Source: an uncultured delta proteobacterium (GTDB lineage Bacteria; Myxococcota; Myxococcia; Myxococcales; Anaeromyxobacteraceae). From it: 64,000 bases of DNA. Position 1 is the stretch's first letter. Each line of letters begins with the position of its first letter. Below the pieces are notes generated by a model, which worked only from the letters and a program-made list of their open reading frames with translations, did no database searches and had not been told where the DNA came from. The stretch lies in assembly GCA_963766715.1 (NCBI GenBank), contig CAVYBH010000013.1, positions 128,001 through 192,000 of the forward strand, in the 5' to 3' direction. The translations under genes were made by a program, and so were the position numbers. Below are positions 1 to 10,712 of the stretch, in pieces.

Positions 1-273
1 GTCCTCCACCGGGAGGACGAGGAGCTCCGGCACCTGGTACGGGTGCAGGGCGGGGAGCCGGTCCTTCAGGGCCCGCACCAGCCGCCGCTCCGTCTTGAGG
101 AGGACGAGCGCCTCGGCGTCGTCGTGGATCTGCCCCGCCCAGCGATAGATCGACCGCACGCCCGGCACCACGTTTCCGCAGGCGGCGAGCCCCTCCTCGA
201 CGAGCGCGCGCGCGATGTCCGCTCCCGCCTCCGGGGACGGGACCGTGACGAGCACCACCACCGCGTCCGTCAT
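1..273 (-). CDS. cutA: Divalent-cation tolerance protein CutA (3' end runs off the window)
   Basis: Own translation from ATG at 273: MTDAVVVLVTVPSPEAGADIARALVEEGLAACGNVVPGVRSIYRWAG...HPYQVPELL, typical CutA motifs. Confidence 0.9.
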   Translation of the reverse strand, partial: MTDAVVVLVTVPSPEAGADIARALVEEGLAACGNVVPGVRSIYRWAGQIHDDAEALVLLKTERRLVRALKDRLPALHPYQVPELLVLPVED

Positions 274-307
274 CTGGCCTCCCGGCGAGACGTCGCCCCG
301 GACATCG

Positions 308-1465
308 TCACATCCCCGAGCCGCGGGAGATGATCTCCTTCATGATCTCGGAGGTCCCGCCGGCGATGGGGAGCAGGCGCAGGTCGCGCCAGGCCCGGGC
401 CACGTCGCTCTCCACCACGTAGCCCATGCCGCCGTGGAACTGCATGCAGTCGTAGGCGATGGCCTGGGCGAGGTCGCAGGCCACCAGCTTGGCCATCGAG
501 ATCTCGCGGAGCGCCACCTGGTTCCGGGCGAAGAGGTCGCAGGCCCGGTAGGTGAGCCAGCGGGCGGCCTCGAGCCGGGAGAGGTGCTCGGCGAAGCGGT
601 GGCGCCAGGCCTGGTAGGTGCCGATGGGGCGGCCGAACGCCTTCCGCTCCTGGCCGTACCGGATGGCGTCGTCGAGGACCAGTTGCGAGCCCGCCACGGC
701 GGTGACCGCCGCCACCAGCCGCTCCCCCTGGAATCCGGTCATGATGTGGAAGAAGCCCTGGTTCTCCTCGCCGAGCAGGTAGCGCGCCGGGATGCGGCAG
801 TCGTCGAAGAAGAGCACCGCCGTGTCGGAGGAGAGGTTTCCGACCTTCTCGATCTTCCGCGAGACCTGGAAGCCCTTCACGTCGGTGGGGAAGGTGACGA
901 GCGAGATGCCCTCGTGCCCCTCCCCCCCGGTGCGGACCGCCAGGGTGAGGAAGTCCGCGCGCGCGCCGTTCGAGATCCAGGTCTTCGACCCGCTCACCAC
1001 CAGGTCGGCGCCGTCCCGGCGGGCACGGGTCCGGATGGCCGCCACGTCGCTGCCCGCGTCCGGCTCGGAGATGGCGAGCGCGGCCACCTTCTCGCCGCGG
1101 AGCGCCGGGGCGAGGAACTCCCGCTTCTGCTCGTCGGTCCCCAGCTCCCCGATGATGGGGGTCGCCATCTCCCCCTGGACCAGCATGCCGGTGCCCAGCC
1201 CGCCGTTGCGCGAACGGGTCAGCTCCTCGGCGTAGGCCACCACGTACCAGTAGTCGAGCCCCAATCCGCCCCAGGCCGGATCGTGCCGGATGCCCAGGAA
1301 GCCCATCTCGCCGAAGCGGCGGAAGAGCTGGCGGGGGAATTCCCCCTTCTCGTCCCATTCCCGGGCGTGGGGCGCGAGCTCCTTCTCGCAGAACTCGCGC
1401 ACCACCCGCCGGAAGGCCTGGTGCTCGTCGGTGAAGGGCTCGAAGGCGACGGCTGGCGCGTTCAT
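308..1465 (-). CDS. Acyl-CoA dehydrogenase
   Basis: C-terminal part of ORF 308..2524: ALAISEPDAGSDV, GSKTWISNG, QFHGGMGY, IAGGTSEIMKEII motifs. Confidence 0.93.
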   Translation of the reverse strand: MNAPAVAFEPFTDEHQAFRRVVREFCEKELAPHAREWDEKGEFPRQLFRRFGEMGFLGIRHDPAWGGLGLDYWYVVAYAEELTRSRNGGLGTGMLVQGEMATPIIGELGTDEQKREFLAPALRGEKVAALAISEPDAGSDVAAIRTRARRDGADLVVSGSKTWISNGARADFLTLAVRTGGEGHEGISLVTFPTDVKGFQVSRKIEKVGNLSSDTAVLFFDDCRIPARYLLGEENQGFFHIMTGFQGERLVAAVTAVAGSQLVLDDAIRYGQERKAFGRPIGTYQAWRHRFAEHLSRLEAARWLTYRACDLFARNQVALREISMAKLVACDLAQAIAYDCMQFHGGMGYVVESDVARAWRDLRLLPIAGGTSEIMKEIISRGSGM

Positions 1466-1509
1466 CGTGCCGAGTCTAGTGCTGTCCGCGCCGGAGGACG
1501 AGGCCACGG

Positions 1510-2401
1510 TCAGGGAGGCGGCGTGGCGGCTGCCCGCCATCCCAGCGCGGTGGCCCAGGTCACGCCCGCCACCGAGACGGCGATGCCCAGGAGGCCGACC
1601 GGCGTCACGGCCTCCCCCAGCACCGCCGCAGCGAGCAGGTACTGGGCGATGGGAGTGAGCTGGAGCCAGGCCGCCGCCTCCCCCACCGAGAGCGCGCCGT
1701 AGGCCTCGGTCATCAGGACCTGGGCCGCGAAGGCGGCGAGCGCCATGGCCACGGCCAGCGCCCACGGCACGAGGCCGCCCGGCCACGGGTCGAGCGCGAA
1801 GGGCAGCACCACGGGCAGCCCCGCCAGGCAGAACCAGAAGAAGATGGTGGGCGCGTTGTCGGTGCCGCGCATGGCCCGGATGACGTTGGCGCTCACCGCG
1901 GCGAAGACGGCGGCGGCGAGCGCGGCGCCCTCCCCCCAGCCGAGCCCCAGCTGGAGCGTCCCGTTGCCCAGGACGAGGACCACGCCGAGCGGTGGCGACG
2001 AGGATGGCCACCCAGAGGCGGGCCGCCGGGCGCTCCCGGAGCAGGAAGAGCGCGAGCAGCGTCGCGATGGCCGGGAAGAGGTTGTAGATCATCCCGGCCT
2101 CCCCGGCAGGGATGCGCGCGAGCGCGCCGAAGTAGAGGATGACCACCAGGCCGCCGGAGATGCCCCGGGTGACGAGCAGGCGGACGTTCCGCGGGCGATG
2201 GAGGGACGGGCGCACCGCGAAGACCGCCAGGCTGGCCGCCGCCCCCACCCCGAAGCGGACCACCGAGAGCTGGCCCGGCGTGAACCGGGCCGGGCCGGTC
2301 GCGAGCAGCCGCCCGAGCACCGCCATCACGCCGAAGCAGAGCCCCGACCCCACGAGCTCGGCGCGGGCCAGCGAGCGGGCGTGCCGGAGCGCCGGCGTCA
2401 A
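1510..2401 (-). CDS. DMT/EamA-family transporter (apparent frameshift near 1985)
   Basis: Two hydrophobic halves in different frames (YFGALARIPAGEA...; MTEAYGALSVGEAA...) that join into a 10-TM EamA protein. Confidence 0.8.
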
Positions 2402-3314
2402 GCCTCCTCCGGCTCCGGGGGGCGGCGCCCCAGGACCGACCCGTACACCACCCCTGCGATTCCCAGGGCCACGCCGGCCACGCCGATTGCCGACAGCGTC
2501 TCCCCCAGCACCGCGCCGGCCCACAGGAAGCTGGCCACGGGCGTGAGCTGCTGCCAGACCGCCGCCTCGGCCACGGTGAGCGCTCCGTAGGCCTCGGTCA
2601 TGAGGATCTGGGCCGCGAACGACACCACCCCGGCGGCGAGCGCGAAGACCCAGGCATGGAGGTGCGGTGCTCCACGGCCCGATCGGAGAGCGGCGCCGAC
2701 ACGATCAGGCCGCCCAGCGTGAAGGCGAAGAAGATGGTGGGTGCGTTGTCGGTGGCGCGCAGCGCCCGGATCGACGTCACGGCTCCGGCGCCGAGGACCG
2801 CGGACGCGATGCCCACCCACTGGCCCCAGCCCATGGCGAAGCCCGCCTGCCCGCCGCCGACCACCAGGTAGACGCCCAGGCTGGTCACGCCCAGGGCCAG
2901 CAGGAGGTGCCAGTTCGGACGTTCTCCCAGCGTGAAATAGGAGATCCCCACCGCGATGACCGGGAAGGTGTTGTTGAGGAGCGTGGCCTGGCCGGCCGGG
3001 ATGAGGGAGAGGGCGTAGAAGTAGAGCAGCGCGGCGAGCCCGCCCAGCACCCCCCGGGTCACGAGCAGGCCGCGCCGGACGGGCCGGAAGGTCCCGGGGC
3101 GGAGCCGGAACAGCGCCAGCGTGAGCACCGTTCCCACCGCGAAGCGGACCGTGGCCACCTGCGCCGCCCCGAATCCCTCCAGGGAGGCGAGGCGCGCCAG
3201 CACCGCCAGCAGGCCGAAGAGGGCCGCCGCGAGGAAGAGCAGGAGCCGGGCACGCGTCGACGCGGCCCGCCGGCCGGCAGGAGAGCCGGGCTCGGGCCGG
3301 GACGGGCTACCCAT
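2398..3314 (-). CDS. DMT/EamA-family transporter, paralog of the neighbouring gene (apparent frameshifts near 2660-2690)
   Basis: ORFs 2598..3509 and 2398..2820 join; shares TDNAPTIFF and MTEAYGAL motifs with the neighbour. Confidence 0.8.
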
Positions 3315-3813
3315 CGCGACCGAGCGAGCCGGCCTCGCGCCGGAGTGCGTCCGCGAACGCCACCGCCGCGCCGCGGGTGACCGGCCAGCGGAAGAGGGCC
3401 GCCTCCGCCCCTTCCCGCCGCGGGGCGCCCGCCGACTCGGCGAGGAAGAGGGCGAGGTCCACGCCCACCTCGGCCACCAGGAGGTCTCCCTGCCCTTCCG
3501 GCACGCCAATCTGGAGCCCGAGGGCGCCGTCCCCGGTCTGCCAGGCGAACCCGGGGACCACGCCCTGCATGAGGTCCTGGAGGGCCGCCACGAGCGCTTC
3601 CACCCCTCCAGGGGAGACGTGGACGACCGGAAGGCGGACGAGCGGCCACCACTCGCCGTCCCGGGCGTCGCGGTACTCCAGGGCGGCGGACGCGAGCACC
3701 CTCCCCCCGGCCTCGCGGGTCACCGGCTCCACGTGAAGCCGGATCACCCCGGAATCGTTGGCGAGATCGGCCATGAGAACCGCTCCCGTATCAGGTTTCG
3801 GTGCGGTAGCCAA
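3307..3813 (-). CDS. Hypothetical protein (start may be an ATG near 3775)
   Basis: Globular-looking composition; overlaps the start of the downstream DMT gene; divergent from uvrA. Confidence 0.65.
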   Translation of the reverse strand: MATAPKPDTGAVLMADLANDSGVIRLHVEPVTREAGGRVLASAALEYRDARDGEWWPLVRLPVVHVSPGGVEALVAALQDLMQGVVPGFAWQTGDGALGLQIGVPEGQGDLLVAEVGVDLALFLAESAGAPRREGAEAALFRWPVTRGAAVAFADALRREAGSLGRDG

Positions 3814-3842
3814 CGCGCCCCGCCGACGTTAAGAAGGGCCGG

Positions 3843-6729
3843 ATGAGCGAGCCCGATACCATCAGCGTCAAAGGGGCCCGCGAGCACAACCTCAAGTCGG
3901 TCGACGTCGAGATCCCCAAGAAGCGGTTGGTGGTCTTCACGGGCGTCTCCGGCTCGGGAAAGAGCTCGCTGGCCTTCGACACCCTCTACGCGGAGGGCCA
4001 GCGTCGCTACGTCGAGTCGCTCTCCTCCTACGCGCGCCAGTTCCTCGGACAGATGGAGAAGCCCCGCTACGACACGCTCCGCGGGCTCTCTCCGACCATC
4101 TCCATCGAGCAGAAGGCGGCCTCCAACAACCCGCGCTCCACGGTGGGGACCATCACCGAGGTCCACGACTACCTGCGCGTCCTCTACGCCTCGATCGGCG
4201 AGCAGCACTGCCCCTCCTGCGGACGGCGGGTGGGCAAGCAGACGGCCCAGCAGATCGTCGACTCGATCCTGGAGCTGCCGGCCGGGTCGCGCATCCTGGT
4301 GCTCGCGCCCGCTCGTGCAGAACCGCAAGGGCGAGTACCGGGACCTGCTCGGCGACGCCCACAAGCGCGGGTTCTCCCGGGTCCGCGTCGACGGCGTCTC
4401 CCACTCGCTCGAGGAGAAGCTCTCCCTCGACAAGAAGCTCAAGCACGACATCGAGCTGGTGGTCGATCGCCTGGTGGTGAAGGACGGGATCCGGTCCCGG
4501 CTCAACGACTCCGTGGAGACCGCGCTGCGCGAGGGCAAGGGCACGCTCATCGTCGCCGAGGCCGACAAGGAGCAGAAGGTGGGGCCGGGCATCGACCCGG
4601 AGGAGTACAAGAAGCACGATCGCTTCTACTCCGAGCTGAACGCCTGCCCGACCTGCGGGATCTCCTTCGGCGAGCTCGCCCCCCAGGCCTTCTCCTTCAA
4701 CAACCCGGTCGGCTCCTGCCCGGAGTGCCAGGGGCTCGGCACGCGCGCCGAGATGGACGCCGACCTCATCATCCCCGATCCCTCCCTCACCATCCGCGAC
4801 GGGGCCATCGAGCCCTGGGCGAGCGGCATGGAGCGCGGCGAGGGCTGGACCTTCGAGTTCGTCGAGCACCTCTCCCGTTCGCTGGGCATCGACCTCGACA
4901 CGCCCTGGTCGAAGCTCTCCAAGCAGCACCGCGACGTGATCCTGCTCGGCACCCAGGCCGCCGGCGTGAAGGGTTACCGCATCCAGTGGGAGGGGGTGCT
5001 GAACCAGCTGTACCGGCGCTTCAAGGCCACCGGCTCGGAGGCCATGCGCCGGTACTACATGCGCTTCTTCTCGGACAAGCCTTGCCCGGCCTGCGGAGGC
5101 GAGCGGCTCAAGGCGGAGAGCCGGGCGGTGCGCGTGCGCGGCGTGGGCATCGTCGAGCTCTCGCGAAAGACCATCCGGGAGGCCCTGGCCTGGCTGGACG
5201 GGCTGGAGATGAAGGGGGCGGAGGCCCGCATCGCCGAGGAGCTCCTCAAGGAGATCCGCAACCGGCTGCGGTTCCTCGTCGACGTGGGGCTCAACTACCT
5301 GACCCTCGACCGGCCCGGGCCCTCGCTCTCCGGCGGCGAGAGCCAGCGCATCCGGCTGGCCTCGCAGATGGGCAGCGAGCTCACCGGGGTGATCTACATC
5401 CTCGACGAGCCCTCCATCGGGCTCCACCAGCGGGACAACGGAAAGCTGCTCGCCACCCTCAAGCGGCTCCGGGACATCGGCAACTCGGTCATCGTCGTCG
5501 AGCACGACGAGGAGACCATGGAGGCGGCCGACTGGGTGGTCGACTTCGGCCCGGGCGCCGGCGAGCACGGCGGGCGCGTCGTGTCGGCCGGGACGCCCGC
5601 CCACGTGATGGAGGATCCGGCCTCGCTCACCGGCGCCTACCTGTCCGGTCGCGCCGAGATCGCCGTGCCCTCGCGGCGGCGCCCCATCGGCAAGGCGCGG
5701 ATCACCGTGGCCGGGGCCACCGAGAACAACCTGAAGGACGTCACCGTCTCGTTCCCGCTCTCCTGCTTCGTCGCGGTGACCGGCGTCTCGGGTGCGGGAA
5801 AGTCCACCCTCGTGAACGGGATCCTCCAGCCCGCGCTCACCCGCCTCCTCCACGGCGGGCGCGCGGTCCCGGGGCGGCACAAGTCGATCGTGGGCCACGA
5901 GCAGGTCGACAAGGTCATCGACATCAACCAGCAGCCCATCGGACGCACGCCGCGGTCCAACCCGGCCACCTACACCAAGCTCTTCGACCTGGTCCGGGAG
6001 GTCTTCGCGCAGACGCCGGAGGCCCGGGCGCTCGGCTACCAGCCCGGGCGCTTCAGCTTCAACGTGAAGGGAGGGCGCTGCGAGGCCTGCCAGGGCGACG
6101 GCATGAAGCTCGTGGAGATGCACTTCCTGGCCGACGTCCTCGTCCCCTGCGAGGTCTGCCAGGGCAAGCGCTTCAACGAGGCCACGCTGCGGGTCCAGTT
6201 CAAGGGCAAGAACGTCGCCGAGGTCCTCGACCTCTCGGTGCACGAGGCCACCGCCCACTTCGCCAACCACCGCGAGATCCTCCGGATCCTCAAGACGCTC
6301 GACGACGTGGGCCTGGGCTACCTCAAGCTGGGGCAGCCGTCCCCCACCCTGTCCGGCGGCGAGGCGCAGCGGATCAAGCTGTCGCGCGAGCTGGCGCGGG
6401 TCGGGACGGGGCGAACGCTCTACATCCTCGACGAGCCCACCACCGGCCTGCACTTCGACGACGTGAAGAAGCTGCTGGTGGTCCTCGACCGGCTGGTCGA
6501 CGCCGGGAACTCGGTGGTGGTCATCGAGCACAACCTCGACGTGATCAAGTCGGCCGACTGGGTCATCGACCTGGGGCCCGAGGGCGGCGAGGAGGGCGGA
6601 CGCGTCATCGCCGAGGGCACCCCGGAGGAGGTGGCCCGCGTGAAGGGAAGCTTCACCGGCCACTACCTCGGTCAGATGCTGGCCCGCCACCGCGCGCGCC
6701 ACCGCGACGGGGAGCGGGTCGGCGCCTGA
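3843..6729 (+). CDS. uvrA: Excinuclease ABC subunit UvrA (apparent frameshift near 4310)
   Basis: [31 protein letters not shown], two ABC cassettes ([16 protein letters not shown]) and zinc fingers. Confidence 0.97.
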
Positions 6730-6754
6730 CGCGCGACTGACGCTGACGCACGAA

Positions 6755-6782
6755 GGCCCCGCCGGCGTCGCCGGGCGGGGCC
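6755..6782. terminator. GC-rich hairpin between convergent uvrA and the Cys-rich gene
   Basis: Inverted repeat GGCCCCGCC...GGCGGGGCC; no strong U tract. Confidence 0.55.
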
Positions 6783-6806
6783 TCGTTCACCTGGAAGCGT
6801 GGAAGG

Positions 6807-7272
6807 CTAGGCGGCCTTCGACTTCGGGGCGTCGGGCTTCTTCTCGGTGCACTTGCACTTTTCGCCGCACTTGCAGTCCTTGGGGTCCTTCGCGCCGCAC
6901 TGGCAGGCCTCGGCGACGAGGAGGACCTTGGAGGAGGAGGCGCTGGCCTTGGGCTTGTCGCCGGCTTCTCCGTGCACTTGCACTTCGCTCGCCGCACTTG
7001 CAGTCCTTGGGGTCCTTCGCGCCGCAGTGACAGGCCTCCGCGGCGAGGAGCGTGCCGGTCGCCTGGGATGCCGAGGCCTTCTTCTCGGTGGCTGCGGGGG
7101 CCTGCTGGGCAGGGGCGGGAGCCGGCGTGGCCTTGTCGGCCTTCTTGTCCGACTTCTCGGTGGTGGTCCCGGCCTTCTTGTCGCAGTCACAGGCGAGGGC
7201 GGGGGTGGCGGCGACGAGCACGAAGGCGCCGGCGAGGCCGAGGGCGATCCGGGACATCTGCAGACGGGTCAT
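6807..7272 (-). CDS. Exported Cys-rich, metallothionein-like protein (apparent frameshift(s) near 6970-6990)
   Basis: SD GAAGGAG; signal peptide ending ...TPALA; CDC then two copies of AEACxCGAKDPKDCKCGE-KCKC. Confidence 0.7.
6862..7026. repeat. Perfect 38-bp direct repeat (6862-6899 and 6989-7026) encoding the duplicated Cys module
   Basis: TCGCCGCACTTGCAGTCCTTGGGGTCCTTCGCGCCGCA occurs twice. Confidence 0.9.
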
Positions 7273-7350
7273 TTGTGCGACTCCTTCATTGAGGCTGGCC
7301 ACGTCCGCCCCTTCTCGGGGAAGCGTTCGTGCAGCGGTGGACGACGGATG

Positions 7351-7378
7351 ATCCTACGAAAAACCTGAGCGGGGTCAA
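7351..7378 (-). promoter_or_regulatory. Possible sigma70-type promoter for the Cys-rich gene
   Basis: TTGACC-N16-TAGGAT on the minus strand. Confidence 0.35.
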
Positions 7379-7447
7379 GTGGACGGGCCTCATTGGGGTG
7401 TAAGCGACATTGTCCGGCGGGGGAGCCCCGTGTAGATTCCGCCTCCG

Positions 7448-8627
7448 ATGACCGTGGAAGATCCCGATCAGATCCTGGCGATGCTCCGGGACCCGAACGT
7501 CGACAGCCAGGAGGTGGCGGACCGGACCGGCCTGCCGCGCGCCGAGGCTGCCCGCGCGGCCCGCCTTCTCGTGGGGCTGGCCAAGGCCCGCCCCGAGGAG
7601 ATCGCGACCCTCCCTCCCGTCCTGTCGGGCGCGCTGCTCAAGGCGGCCCTCGACGGCGGGCGCCTCGAGGTCCTGGCCGCACTGGCCGCCTCCGGCGACA
7701 AGGCGCTCTCGAAGGAGGCCAAGCGAGGCCTCCACCTGCTCCGGACGCGCGGCGTGGCCGTGCCCGAGGCCCCGCGCGCCGCGGCGCCGGCCCCGGTCCA
7801 GGCCGCCGAGGAGGTCTTCCCCTGCTACGCCTCCTCCATCGACGGCCAGGGGGAGCGCGCCGTCTGGATCGCCCGCAACGTCCCCGGCCGCGGCGTGGAG
7901 GTCGGCCAGGCGGTGATCTCCGACGTCCACGGCCTGCTGGAGCTGCAGGTGGGCGTCCTCGGACGGAAGGAGTACCGGACCTTCGGAAAGGACATCGCCG
8001 AGCGCGGCCAGACCATGGGCGTCGGCGAGGTCGACCCGGCGCACGCGCGCGGGCTGGTCGCCGAGGCCCGCCGACAGAACGACGCGTCCGGCCGCGCGGT
8101 CCCGGAGGGAGCGGATGGCTGGCTGGCCCGCGTGGGGCCGGGAGCGACGCCTCCGGATCCCGGCTCGGCGGTTCCCCTGCCGTCCGCCGAGGCCGAGGGT
8201 GCGGCCCTGGCCTCCTCCGGCGAGCTTCACACGCTTCCCGATGCTGCGGGGCTGGCTCGCCGACGAGACCCACCTCCGCGCGCTCGCTGCGACGCTCGAC
8301 CGGCTGCAGGCCGCGAGCGTCGAGGGCGGAGCGGCCCAGCGAACCCGGGACATGGAGGCGGCCATCGCCGCCGCGCTGGAGGCCTGGCTCGACCCGGCCT
8401 GCCGGCAGCGCCTGGCCAGCCGCCTCTTCTCGGTGGCGCTCCACTTCCAGGGAATGGGACTCCCCGACCGCGCCGCCCAGGCGGCGGCCACGGCGCGCGC
8501 GCTGCTCTCCGGGGTCCCCGGCTCCGGGATTCCCTTCGCCCGGCTCATGGTCGAGAAGGCCTTCCCCGCCGGGGGGGCCACGTCCCCGGCCGCGGCCACG
8601 CCCGTCATCGGCGCGCCGCGCAGGTGA
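7448..8627 (+). CDS. Hypothetical protein (apparent frameshift near 8238)
   Basis: N-terminal part of ORF 7448..9058 joins ORF 8115..8627 at ...ELHTLP/MLRGWLADE; coding-like codon usage. Confidence 0.7.
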
Positions 8628-8635
8628 CGGGGACG

Positions 8636-9058
8636 ATGCCCGGGTTCCGCAATCCCGCCCCCACCGTCGACACGGTGATCCTGCTCCCGGGCGACCGGGT
8701 GGTGCTGGTGCGGCGCGCCAACCCGCCGCCCGGCTGGGCGCTCCCGGGCGGCTTCGTGGACGAGGGCGAACGGCTCGACCGGGCGGCCGCGCGCGAGGCC
8801 TCCGAGGAGACCGGCCTCGCGGTGACCCTGCTCGAGCAGTTCCACACCTATTCCGACCCGGCCCGGGACCCGCGGCGCCACACCCTCGCCACCGTGTTCC
8901 TGGCGACCGCCTCCGGCGAGCCCCGCGGGGGAGACGACGCCGCGGAGGCGCGCGCCTTCGCGTGGGACGCCCTGCCGGACCCGATCGCCTTCGACCACAG
9001 GGAGATCCTCGCCGACGTCCGGCGCTACCTCCTCACCGGCGCCCGGAGGCGGCTGTGA
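8636..9058 (+). CDS. NUDIX hydrolase
   Basis: Nudix box GGFVDEGERLDRAAAREASEETGL; YSDPARDPR. Confidence 0.92.
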   Translation: MPGFRNPAPTVDTVILLPGDRVVLVRRANPPPGWALPGGFVDEGERLDRAAAREASEETGLAVTLLEQFHTYSDPARDPRRHTLATVFLATASGEPRGGDDAAEARAFAWDALPDPIAFDHREILADVRRYLLTGARRRL

Positions 9059-9619
9059 GCCCGACCCTCTCCCCTTCCGACCGCTCGGCGCTCGTCGACC
9101 TGGCGCGCGCCGCCATCCTCCACCGCCTCGGAATCGGGCCCGCACCGGCGCCGCCCTCCTCGGGAGCGCTGGCCGAGCCCCGCGGGGCCTTCGTCACCCT
9201 CCACCGGGGCGGGGCGCTGCGCGGCTGCATCGGCCGCTTCGAGCCGGAGGGCTCGCTCGCCCGCACCGTCTCCCAGATGGCGGTGGCGGCGGCGTTCGAG
9301 GACCCCCGCTTCCCCCCGCTTCGCCCGGAGGAGGCGTCGGACCTCCAGGTGCACGTGTCGGCGCTCGGCCCGCGCCGGCCCCTGCCCGATCCGGCCCAGG
9401 TCCAGGTCGGCGTGCACGGACTCGTGGTGAAGCAGGGCTGGCACCGCGGCGTGCTCCTCCCGGTGGTGGCCGTCGAGCAGGGCTGGGACGCGCAGACCTT
9501 CCTCAAGCACGCCTGCCTGAAGGCCGGCCTGCCGGCCGGATGCCTGGCTCGATCCGGCCACGACCGTCGAGGTGTTCGACGCCGAGGAGTTCGGGGACGC
9601 TCCCCAGGAAGACACATGA
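9055..9619 (+). CDS. AMMECR1-family (AmmeMemoRadiSam protein A) protein (apparent frameshift near 9535)
   Basis: GAFVTL, LRGCIG, AAFEDPRF, GVLLPVVA, CLKAGL; C-terminus DAW...VEVFDAEEF in a shifted frame. Confidence 0.9.
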
Positions 9620-10686
9620 ACGCGATCCTCCACTCCCTCCCGATGATCGCCGTCACGGTGCTGGCCTTCGGGCTGCTCATCGTCATCCACGAGCTGGGCC
9701 ACTACCTGGCCGCCCGCTGGTCGGGGATGCGGGTCGAGCGCTTCAGCGTCGGCTTCGGACCGGTCATCTGGTCGCGCCGGCGCGGAGACACCGAGTGGGC
9801 GGTGTCCGCGGTGCCGCTGGGCGGCTACGTGAAGATCGCGGGGATGGCGCCGGGCGAGGACATCGCCGCCGGGGATCGCAGCGCCTACGCGAACCAGCCC
9901 GCCTGGCGGCGCTTCCTCGTCATCCTGGCCGGGCCGGCCATGAACTACCTGCTCGCCGTGGTGCTCGCCACCGGGCTCATCGCCACCATGGGGCTGCGCG
10001 AGCCCGACGCGACCTCGACCATCGGCGACGTCATCGGAGGCGGAGCGGCGGAGCGGGCCGGCCTGCGCGCCGGCGATCGCGTGGTGGGCGCGGCGGGCGC
10101 GCCGGTGACCGGGTGGACCGAGCTCGTCCAGGCCGTCCGCTCCCACCCGGGGCAGGATCTCCGGCTCACGGTCGAGCGCGCCGGGGCGGCTCCGGGATCG
10201 CCGCCGCAGGAGGTCACGATGCGCCCCGACGACTCGGGGGGAATCGGGAAGGCCGGCATCGCGCCCAACCTCCGCTCCATCCAGGCCGGGCCGCTCGAGG
10301 CGGTCGCCATGGCCTTCCGGAGGACCAACGACAAGGCGGGCGAGATCCTGGGGGGCCTCGGCCAGGTCGTGACGCGCAAGCAGAAGGCCGAGCTGCAGGG
10401 TCCGATCGGCATCGCCCAGGAGATGACCCGCAGCGCGCGGGCCGGCGCCGCCCCCTTCCTCATGATGGTCTGGCTCATCTCCATCATGCTGGCCATCTTC
10501 AACTTCCTGCCCCTGCCGGCGCTCGACGGGGGACGGCTCGTCTTCCTGGGGTACGAGATCGTGGCGCGCCGCCCCGTGAACCAGAAGGTCGAGTCGATCA
10601 TCCACACCGTCGGCTTCATCGCCCTCTTCGGGCTGCTCCTCGCCGTCACGGTCTTCGGGGACCTGCCCCGACTCTTCCGGCGCTGA
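9616..10686 (+). CDS. rseP: RseP-like M50 site-2 metalloprotease with PDZ domain
   Basis: IHELGH, FSVGFG, PLGGYV, AGPAMN, NFLPLPALDGG. Confidence 0.92.
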   Translation: MNAILHSLPMIAVTVLAFGLLIVIHELGHYLAARWSGMRVERFSVGFGPVIWSRRRGDTEWAVSAVPLGGYVKIAGMAPGEDIAAGDRSAYANQPAWRRFLVILAGPAMNYLLAVVLATGLIATMGLREPDATSTIGDVIGGGAAERAGLRAGDRVVGAAGAPVTGWTELVQAVRSHPGQDLRLTVERAGAAPGSPPQEVTMRPDDSGGIGKAGIAPNLRSIQAGPLEAVAMAFRRTNDKAGEILGGLGQVVTRKQKAELQGPIGIAQEMTRSARAGAAPFLMMVWLISIMLAIFNFLPLPALDGGRLVFLGYEIVARRPVNQKVESIIHTVGFIALFGLLLAVTVFGDLPRLFRR

Positions 10687-10712
10687 GCCCGCCGCCGCGT
10701 TACCATCTTCAC

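Noticed and set aside
3780..3842. LexA/SOS box upstream of uvrA
   Set aside because: No convincing match to a LexA motif I can recognise.
4300..4320. Programmed ribosomal frameshifting in uvrA, infB, purB and others
   Set aside because: No slippery heptamers or shared context; the pattern fits sequencing insertions.
6862..7026. 38-bp direct repeat as a CRISPR mini-array
   Set aside because: Only two copies, lying within a coding module, and no cas genes nearby.
7345..7380. MerR/CueR-type operator for the Cys-rich gene
   Set aside because: TTGACC is present, but there is no good dyad and no convincing -10 at 19-bp spacing.
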